A stretch of 64,000 nt of DNA, from contig JBOGJI010000236.1 in NCBI GenBank assembly GCA_050747865.1, forward strand, positions 11,120-75,119, in the 5' to 3' direction. The notes beneath the pieces are model-generated. The model ran no database searches and was not told the DNA's origin. It saw only the letters and a program-made list of their open reading frames with translations. The DNA is from Thermoanaerobaculia bacterium (GTDB lineage Bacteria; Acidobacteriota; Thermoanaerobaculia; Multivoradales; JAHEKO01). The translations under genes and the position numbers were made by a program. How positions within the stretch are numbered: the stretch's first letter is position 1; each line of letters begins with the position of its first letter. This document shows positions 57,465 through 64,000 of the stretch, in pieces.

Positions 57465-59282
57465 TCAGCCGCCGTCAGCCGGGTGCCGACCCATCAGAAC
57501 GGGGTGCTGTCGGCGCTCCCTTCGGGCAGCACCTCTTCGGGCACCTTTTCGGGGATCGATCGGCTCCGGGAACGTCAGGGCCAGCCGAAGGTTCTCGAAG
57601 AAACGGTGACGATTGAACACCTTCCGCTCGATGACCTCGATGCTGGCCAGGTTGGCGCTCACCCAAGGCGGCGCGATGCCCGACTCGACGGCCCGCCGGA
57701 ACGACCCGATGCGCGGACGGTTGTCGGCCGCGAGCTCGATGTGACCGATGGCCCGCGCCATCGGCACGAGGTCCCACTTGTGTCCAGGCCGGTCATGCGG
57801 CACCTTGGCGCGCGCCAGGAACGGCTCCGTCAGGCCGAGACTGTGTATGGCCCGTTCCTGTGCTCGGCCGTAGAGCCCCGCGCACCAGAAATCGACCACG
57901 AGCCCGCGATGCGGCGGCTGCGCCGCCGACACGGCGGCCTCGCGGTACGACGTCTTCCTATCGACCTTGTCGCAGCCGCCCCACGGCGGACACGCGAGGT
58001 CCGGGTGATGGCGATGAGCCGCGGCATCGTTGATCAAGACCGGCCTCCGGCTGGGCCCCTTGTCGGGTCTCACGACCTGGATCGGGGACCCGAGAGTGCC
58101 GAGAATCGGATGGCGATCGAGCTGACGCGGGTAGCGCGTGAAGACGGCGCCCATCACCAACAGCGCGGCGACGACTGGTGCGACACGCGGCACGCGCCAG
58201 CGGATCCGGGCCACGAGGTGCTCCGGCAGCCCGGCCGTAGCCGCCACGGCGAGGCAAACCGGGAACGCGAGATAGCGATAGTGCCGAGAATCCCCACCGA
58301 TCTTGACGACGAAGGCCGTGACCGAGGCCGCGAGACAAATCAGCACGACACGCTCGGGTAGGTGCAAGGGCGGCCTCGCGAAACCGCGCCGTGCGGCGGC
58401 GCGATCGCTCCACGCGAGCAGCCCGAAGCCGGTCGCGGCGGCGCCGAGCAGCCAGTGCAGGCCGTAGGCGTTGGCCGTGTCGAGGAGATAGACCACACCC
58501 TGCCGGAGCAAGTTGACGTTCTTCAGATAGAAGGTGTTAGGCAGCAGCTCGGCGTAGTACCAGATGCGCAAGGCGATCCAGGTGCCCGTCGTGAGCAGCG
58601 TCGAGAGCAGGAGGGCCCAGGGCACCCGCCGGGTGCGCCAGCCGCACCAGGCCACGAGCAGCAGCCATGGCACCGCCAGCTCGGGCCGAACCAGCGGACC
58701 CAGGCCGGCTGCCAGCTGCGGCCAGCGATCCTGAGGGCGAAACACGACGAGTGCGAACACCGCCGCCATCACTTGCACGAGGGGAGTCTCGACGCCCGAG
58801 GTGAAGTAGCAAAGCACGGCGTAGTTGGTAGCCAGAAGCAGCAGCGGCAAGGAGAACGGCGCGACGCCCTGCGGCGCCACATGGCGGTTGACGCGCACGA
58901 GCAGCGCCCAGAACGCCACGCATGACAGCACGCCCAGCACGCGGACGGCGAGCCACCACCCAGAACCGACCGCCCTCGCCACGAGGAGCGTCAGCATCCA
59001 GAGAGGGCTGCTGAACCCCTCGACGTATTCGCCAGCGTTGTAGACCAGGCCGCGGCCCGCATAGAGCGCGTTGTCGACGAAGCGAAAGTAGACGAACGAG
59101 TCGTCGATCAGCCAGGAGTACTGAACGGTCAGGACGACGAGCACGAAGAGCGCCAGCCACTCCGCCGCCGTCCGGCGCAGGCGAGGCGAGCTCGGGGCCA
59201 GGTCGGGGCGGCCCCCGTCAATCATCGAAGCGTGCGAGCGGGTTGTTGCACGGTGTGATGGACGGGGCGTAGAAGCCGACAT
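57465..59282 (-). CDS. Polytopic membrane protein, possibly GT-C-like, with a C-terminal soluble domain and conserved tail
   Basis: 605 aa. ~10 TM helices in the first ~330 aa. First-loop acidic motif LIDDSFVYFRF. The C-terminus ends RRQHPVLMGRHPADGG. The start may be the internal MIDGG. Confidence 0.35.
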   Translation of the reverse strand: MSASTPRPSHRATTRSHASMIDGGRPDLAPSSPRLRRTAAEWLALFVLVVLTVQYSWLIDDSFVYFRFVDNALYAGRGLVYNAGEYVEGFSSPLWMLTLLVARAVGSGWWLAVRVLGVLSCVAFWALLVRVNRHVAPQGVAPFSLPLLLLATNYAVLCYFTSGVETPLVQVMAAVFALVVFRPQDRWPQLAAGLGPLVRPELAVPWLLLVAWCGWRTRRVPWALLLSTLLTTGTWIALRIWYYAELLPNTFYLKNVNLLRQGVVYLLDTANAYGLHWLLGAAATGFGLLAWSDRAAARRGFARPPLHLPERVVLICLAASVTAFVVKIGGDSRHYRYLAFPVCLAVAATAGLPEHLVARIRWRVPRVAPVVAALLVMGAVFTRYPRQLDRHPILGTLGSPIQVVRPDKGPSRRPVLINDAAAHRHHPDLACPPWGGCDKVDRKTSYREAAVSAAQPPHRGLVVDFWCAGLYGRAQERAIHSLGLTEPFLARAKVPHDRPGHKWDLVPMARAIGHIELAADNRPRIGSFRRAVESGIAPPWVSANLASIEVIERKVFNRHRFFENLRLALTFPEPIDPRKGARRGAARRERRQHPVLMGRHPADGG

Positions 59283-59583
59283 ACGAAATGAGGCGGGATT
59301 CGTCGGCGTCGAACCTGAAGAAGTCGGTCGAGAGCAGAAACTGTGCCCGAACGCGATCGGGCCACCGGTCGCGTCCGGGCAACCGCCCGACGTAGCGCCG
59401 ATAGTCCGTCTCGAACGCGTCCAGCGCGGCAGGATCGAGGTTCAGATATGCGAATGCGGCTTGCCTCGCCTCGTCGCTTTCCGTTGGTGACGCTCGCCGG
59501 CGCCTCCATAGCGACACGCCGAGAAGCGGCACCCCGACGGCCACGCCGAGCAGCTGCAGGAGACGGCGGCGAGTGAGCGCCAT
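59218..59583 (-). CDS. Small Tat-signal protein (candidate hitchhiker/small subunit of the adjacent GMC flavoprotein)
   Basis: 121 aa. Twin-arginine signal MALTRRRLLQLLGVAVGVPLLG. The ATG lies 1 nt after the GMC stop (translational coupling). Confidence 0.4.
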   Translation of the reverse strand: MALTRRRLLQLLGVAVGVPLLGVSLWRRRRASPTESDEARQAAFAYLNLDPAALDAFETDYRRYVGRLPGRDRWPDRVRAQFLLSTDFFRFDADESRLISYVGFYAPSITPCNNPLARFDD

Positions 59584-59584
59584 G

Positions 59585-61042
59585 TCAGGCCGCGCCTCCG
59601 GACCTCAACAGCTTGTCGGCCGCTCGCAGAGACAGCGCCGCGATCGTCAGCGTGGGATTGGCCGGCGCCGCGGTCGGAAACGTGCTGCTGCCCAGGACGA
59701 GGAGATTGCGAACGCGGTGGTGCACGAGGCCGGCGTCGACGACGCCGTCCGCGGCAGTGCGTCCCATCGGGGTGGTGCACTGGATGTGGGCTTCGGTCGC
59801 GCCCCGATCGCGCCAGATCTCGAACCGCTCCACCGGCAGAGCGGCGAGCACGCGCGTCAGATTGGCTGCGAGCGCGGCGATGCCGCGCTCGGCATACGCG
59901 GAGTGGCGCTTGAACTCCACTGCCGGCTGCTCCGCGTCGGCATCGTCAACGGTGACGCGATTGTCGGCCTGCGGCAGATCCTCGTAGATGAACTGCAAGT
60001 GCAGCTGCTCGCGCCATCTGCCCCGTTCGTGCCGGAGCTCCGGGACGTTCCAGGTCTCCATCATGGCGGCCGCGCGATCGCGTCGATGATCGCCGCCGTA
60101 CAGCATGTAGCCAAGGCCCGTGATGCTGGTGCTGCCCTGGAAATTGTCGACTCCGTCGAGCATGACGTCGACCGCGACCGAGACCTGTTCGACGAGGCCG
60201 CGTCCGACCTTGTCGTCGGTCAGGTCCGATCGCAGGAGGAGGTAGGGGTTGAAGATCGCGTTCGCCCCAAGGCCCGCGAGCTCCGTGGGGACGAAGTGGT
60301 CGGCGCCGCCTCGCCGGTAGCGGATCCCCGTCAGCGTGCTGCCGGCGACTTCGACGGCTTGGACATGTGCGCCCGTGAGCAGCGTGACACGCGGATCCCG
60401 ATAGAGATGCGTCAGCTCATTGAGAATGGTGAACTTCGAGTCGATGGGGCACTTATGGCAAATCCCGTTCGCACAGCAACGCGGACGGCCCGAAGGCAGT
60501 GCGCGGCTCGGACGCGCCGCCGGCTGCTGAAAGAAGCGATCGGGGAAGTGCCGCTTGAACAAGCGATCGGGATCGGTGAAACGGTGCGGCGGCAGCGGGT
60601 AGGGACGGCTGCGCGGGTATGGCGAGCCGTCGGCGGGACCCGAGACCGCCATGATCTCCTCGGCGTCGCAGTAGTACTCCTCCAGATCCTCGTACACCAC
60701 GGGCCAGTCGCGACCGACTCCGTATAGGGAATGAAGGCGGAAGTCCTCGGGCAGCATACGCGGTGTGCACGCCCACCAGCAGTTGGATCCTCCGCCGAAG
60801 GCCAGACGAAACGTCCACTTCTTCCACGGGCTGCGGTTCCGGAAGCTCCTGTCGGCCGCTCTTCTGAGTCCACGGTCGTGCTCAGTGTGCCATCGATGGG
60901 AGTACATCTCGCCGCGCTCGAGCACGAGCACGCGGGTCCGGCGGCCGGCCCGTTCGAGATACCGGTGCAGGAAGAACGTCGCGGCGAACCCGGTGCCCAC
61001 GAGTACGAGATCGTAGGCGCCTTCTAGCATGGATACAACCAT
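59585..61042 (-). CDS. GMC-family FAD-dependent oxidoreductase
   Basis: 485 aa. N-terminal Rossmann motif DLVLVGTGFAA. GMC C-terminal domain (HIQCTTPMG, LLVLGSSTFPT, NPTLT). Confidence 0.8.
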   Translation of the reverse strand: MVVSMLEGAYDLVLVGTGFAATFFLHRYLERAGRRTRVLVLERGEMYSHRWHTEHDRGLRRAADRSFRNRSPWKKWTFRLAFGGGSNCWWACTPRMLPEDFRLHSLYGVGRDWPVVYEDLEEYYCDAEEIMAVSGPADGSPYPRSRPYPLPPHRFTDPDRLFKRHFPDRFFQQPAARPSRALPSGRPRCCANGICHKCPIDSKFTILNELTHLYRDPRVTLLTGAHVQAVEVAGSTLTGIRYRRGGADHFVPTELAGLGANAIFNPYLLLRSDLTDDKVGRGLVEQVSVAVDVMLDGVDNFQGSTSITGLGYMLYGGDHRRDRAAAMMETWNVPELRHERGRWREQLHLQFIYEDLPQADNRVTVDDADAEQPAVEFKRHSAYAERGIAALAANLTRVLAALPVERFEIWRDRGATEAHIQCTTPMGRTAADGVVDAGLVHHRVRNLLVLGSSTFPTAAPANPTLTIAALSLRAADKLLRSGGAA

Positions 61043-61055
61043 ATTGTTACAACCA
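61035..61055 (-). promoter_or_regulatory. Direct-repeat motif copy 2 (minus strand TGGTTGT-N7-TGGTTGT, 4 nt before the ATG)
   Basis: Plus strand ACAACCAtattgttACAACCA. See the findings section. Confidence 0.4.
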
Positions 61056-61118
61056 AAAGCTTACAAAGAAAGCGCGAAACCGGGACGGGGCGAGCGCCCC
61101 GCGCTTGCGGTGTCGCGC

Positions 61119-61730
61119 TCAGCCGCCGTCGCGGGAGTGCCGACCCATCAAAACGGCGTGCCGTCGCCGCTCGCTGTCGAGGGCTCGGCCTCGATCGCTG
61201 ACGAACGCGAGGATCTCGCGCATGTCGAGCACTAGAGAGAGCGCAGGCGTCTCCGGGCGCGTCAGAATGTGGGCCAGGTCTTTCTGGTTGCGGATGCAAA
61301 TTGCGCGCTCGTGGACTACGACGTAGCGCGCCGTCTCGAGTTCCCTGTCGACCTGCTTGAGCGTGTCCAGCAAGGAGCGCAGCGTCGCCACCGACACGCC
61401 CTGCTCCCGTAGGGAGCGGGCGATCCGCAGGCGGAGGACGTCGGCGAACCCGTACCGGCGCTCCCGCCCCCTGCCCCTGCCGGCGCCCTTGAAGACGCTC
61501 GGCCGCAAGAACCCCGTACGGCCCCAGGAATCCACCGTGAAAAAGGGAACGTCGCTGAGCCACGCCGCTTCCCGCGAGGTGAATCCCTCGCCGCCGTCTT
61601 CTCCGCCTGACCTCGCCGGCGGGGTCGCTTCTTCGGCTGTCGGTCCGGTTCGCCTCATCGCTCCCCGAGACGAGATGTTCGCGGTGGCATCTGCACCATC
61701 GTATCGCCAGCATACAGGAGCCCGCCACAC
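61119..61730 (-). CDS. MerR-like HTH transcriptional regulator with conserved C-terminal tail
   Basis: MerR-type HTH (FTSREAAWLSDVPFFTVDSWGRTGFLRPS...RRYGFADVLRLRIARSLREQGVSVATLRSLL). Likely start at MRRTGP. Ends RRRHAVLMGRHSRDGG. Confidence 0.5.
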   Translation of the reverse strand: MWRAPVCWRYDGADATANISSRGAMRRTGPTAEEATPPARSGGEDGGEGFTSREAAWLSDVPFFTVDSWGRTGFLRPSVFKGAGRGRGRERRYGFADVLRLRIARSLREQGVSVATLRSLLDTLKQVDRELETARYVVVHERAICIRNQKDLAHILTRPETPALSLVLDMREILAFVSDRGRALDSERRRHAVLMGRHSRDGG

Positions 61731-61742
61731 GTCCGGCCGGCT

Positions 61743-63878
61743 TCACGGTTGGATCTCCAGCCAGACTGGCGAGGTCCACGCGCGCACCGTGCGGCCACGG
61801 GTCGGCTCCGACAGTTGTGCACGCAGGTAGTAGATGACCTCGCCCGAGCTGCTGTCGAGCCGATCGACGAACCGATCGTCGAGGAGGCGGTCGATCTCCC
61901 GCCACTCCTTGGCCACTTGCCATCCCGCCTCGGGATCTGAGAAGCGCATCAGCTGAGCGAGCTCGATCTGTCCGGCGGCTGCCAGCAGGACGCGGCCGTC
62001 GGGGTCGCTGCCACATCTGCCGGTACCCCCCATGGGGGTTCCCGAAACCTCGAATTCGAGATAGATCCGCCGGCCGGTCGTGGCGTAGGTCCGACGAGCC
62101 ACGATGGCGTCGAAGATGGCCTCTCGTTCCAACCTGGGGGCCAGCACGGCGGTCAACCCGGCGTGAGGCTGGCCCGGCTGGGCCGTGTGGTTGTCGCTGC
62201 CGGCCACCGTGCCGACACGGTGGCCGAGGGCCCAGGCGTCGCGGGCGTAATGCGGTCCGGGCTGGGGATGTGACGGCAGGTAGCCGACCTTGTTGTATGC
62301 CAGGGCATCTTGGGGGTCGTCGTATTCGGAGCTGCCGTGCAGCGAATAGATCTCGAGGTTGGGCCGCAGCTCGATCGCGGTCGGTCCGGGCGGGCGCCAG
62401 TCTACCCACGGACCGTGCCGGCGTCGTTCGTAGGGAGGTGGCGGGCCCAATCCCGCGTGCCGCACGATCCTCGGCCAGCTCGCCGCGGTGGTGCGACCGA
62501 GGTGGTGGGGGATGGTGAAGGCCGTACCCGGCTCGAGCCGTTTCCACAGATTGGCCACCGACCCGAGGCGTCGTGGGTTCCACGGCACGCCCTCTTCCGA
62601 GCGGAAGTAGACGCAGTGGTGCCCGTCGTGGAACGTGCACTCATAGCCCAGGAGGGTGACGAAGCGTCCGGGGTCGTAGAAGCGCCGCACGCGCCGCCGG
62701 ATCGTCTGCCACTCCTGGGGTGTGATGCCGTCTTTCTCGCGGCGCCAGTTCACGTCGTCCTCGGAGTGCTCCGTCGGTGCCAGGAAGTCCAGGCGGGTGA
62801 TGTCCCGGGCATATCGGAAGTCGTCGTGCCCGACCGCGTCCTTGCTGATCGCGGAGTGGGAGTGCAGGTCCCCCCAGAAGATCCGTTCGGCCGGCGGTTT
62901 CGCATACACTCGGATCGGGTCCCCAGCGATCCGCCGCTCCGCTTCGCCGCCTTCCGCGGCGAGACGCAAGACGGCGACCGGCCAGTGGAAGCCGGTCCGC
63001 CGCGGCACCCATCGGAAACGCACGGCTCCGCGCTCCAGGGCTCCGGCGCTGGGCGGGAGCGCGGACGCGGCGAGACCGGCGGCGACGACTTTGCCGCGGG
63101 CGCGAGCCAGGTTGGCGAAGCGGTCGAACACGGTGAGCTGCAGCTCGACCGCTTCTCCGACGACCACCTGACTGGGTCCGAACAGGGCGAAATCCGTGGC
63201 CGCGGCCGCGTCGACCCGGTAGCGAGCAGGGCGTGGGAGCAGCCGGTACGCACCCTCGCCGCTGCGGTCCACCGCCGCCCGGATGGAGTCCTCGCCCGCG
63301 AGGTAGGGGGCCGTCGTGTTGTGCAGCGTGAGCCGGACTTCGTCGCCGGCGCGCAGATGGCCGCCCTCCACCGTCACCGCGGCGATGTGCGGATACCGCG
63401 TCGTCTTACCGTCGAAGTTGCGCTGCTGCAGCTTCACGTCGAGCTCGACGTCGGCACGCGAGGCGGCCGCCGACACGAAGTGGGCGGCGCCCGGTTGTAC
63501 CTGCTGGAACGGCTTCGGCCACGGGTAGAGCTCCGCGAACCAGGCCTTAGGGAGGTCGAAAAGCAAGCCGCCGGCCGTGGCGATGCCTCCCGCGCCGACC
63601 GTGAAGTGCACCGTGTAGGTCCCCACCTGGGCAGCGGTCATGTGGTCGGGCTCGACGCGGATCGCCCCTGTAGCGGCTCCGATGACCAGGCGCGAAGGGG
63701 TCGGCTCGAAGGCCTCGTCGAGTCCTTCCGCCAGCACCACGAGCTCCCCCTGCCGACCGCGATCGTCGGAGTGCCTGGCAGCGAGACCTCGCTGCACAGG
63801 CCGCCAGACCAGCAGGGTGATCGTCAAGAGGCCGGCCAGGACCATCGCGGCCCGCAGGCTGCGAACAAAGCGCGACAC
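61743..63878 (-). CDS. DUF3604 / PHP-like metal-dependent hydrolase domain protein with N-terminal signal-anchor and beta-rich domain
   Basis: 711 aa, GTG start. N-terminal TM MVLAGLLTITLLVW. The C-terminal ~400 aa carry the PHP/DUF3604 metal motif FWGDLHSHSAISKDA and further His/Asp clusters (PTEHSEDD, IPHHLG, GSDNH). Confidence 0.6.
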   Translation of the reverse strand: MSRFVRSLRAAMVLAGLLTITLLVWRPVQRGLAARHSDDRGRQGELVVLAEGLDEAFEPTPSRLVIGAATGAIRVEPDHMTAAQVGTYTVHFTVGAGGIATAGGLLFDLPKAWFAELYPWPKPFQQVQPGAAHFVSAAASRADVELDVKLQQRNFDGKTTRYPHIAAVTVEGGHLRAGDEVRLTLHNTTAPYLAGEDSIRAAVDRSGEGAYRLLPRPARYRVDAAAATDFALFGPSQVVVGEAVELQLTVFDRFANLARARGKVVAAGLAASALPPSAGALERGAVRFRWVPRRTGFHWPVAVLRLAAEGGEAERRIAGDPIRVYAKPPAERIFWGDLHSHSAISKDAVGHDDFRYARDITRLDFLAPTEHSEDDVNWRREKDGITPQEWQTIRRRVRRFYDPGRFVTLLGYECTFHDGHHCVYFRSEEGVPWNPRRLGSVANLWKRLEPGTAFTIPHHLGRTTAASWPRIVRHAGLGPPPPYERRRHGPWVDWRPPGPTAIELRPNLEIYSLHGSSEYDDPQDALAYNKVGYLPSHPQPGPHYARDAWALGHRVGTVAGSDNHTAQPGQPHAGLTAVLAPRLEREAIFDAIVARRTYATTGRRIYLEFEVSGTPMGGTGRCGSDPDGRVLLAAAGQIELAQLMRFSDPEAGWQVAKEWREIDRLLDDRFVDRLDSSSGEVIYYLRAQLSEPTRGRTVRAWTSPVWLEIQP

Positions 63879-63897
63879 AACCAGATGTTTACAACCA
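63877..63897 (-). promoter_or_regulatory. Direct-repeat motif copy 3 (minus strand TGGTTGT-N7-TGGTTGT; start codon GTG formed by the last heptad)
   Basis: Plus strand ACAACCAgatgtttACAACCA. See the findings section. Confidence 0.4.
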
Positions 63898-64000
63898 GCG
63901 GCGCGGGTGAGTCAAGCAACGGGAGCCTTCGCACCGGGTATAGTGTCCCAGGGGTCCGGACAATGGGTGACGAAGCTGCGCCACGGCGCGAGACGAGAGG

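Overview
High-GC (~70%) bacterial chromosomal segment with dense coding on both strands. No CRISPR array, rRNA, convincing tRNA, transposase or integrase is visible. The window holds three kinds of content. (1) Housekeeping genes: groES-groEL with a canonical sigma70 promoter and CIRCE operator; metF-metH; the rplU-rpmA-obg-nadD-rsfS cluster; queA; a bifunctional PBP1; an ABC-F ATPase; Hsp20. (2) Envelope and glycoconjugate enzymes: GT14-like and GT2-like glycosyltransferases; a sulfatase-like AP-superfamily enzyme; a GalE-like epimerase; two tandem AP-superfamily phosphodiesterase-like paralogs; a sulfotransferase; a CHRD protein; a GT-C (GT39/ArnT-like) transferase convergent with a UbiA/DPPR-synthase-like prenyltransferase. 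(3) Accessory and regulatory modules: a MarR-TolC-MFP-RND efflux operon; a stand-alone form IV RuBisCO-like protein; vapBC; an APC permease operon; an Opp/Dpp-like binding protein with two permeases but no ATPases; an orphan histidine kinase; a PspF-like sigma54 activator with an atypical Walker B, fused into the obg operon ahead of an M28 peptidase-membrane fusion; and a beta-oxidation-like operon (three crotonases, ALDH, thiolase) containing a C26 amidohydrolase. The most unusual region is 56.1-63.9 kb. It holds a zinc-ribbon C-methyltransferase, a large polytopic membrane protein, a Tat-signal small protein translationally coupled to a GMC flavoprotein oxidoreductase, a MerR-like regulator and a DUF3604/PHP-like hydrolase. 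Each of its three transcription units is preceded by the same direct-repeat motif (TGGTTGT-N7-TGGTTGT) abutting the start codon, and two unrelated proteins in it share a conserved C-terminal tail. Coordinates follow the supplied ORF track. Starts are refined where sequence evidence allowed.
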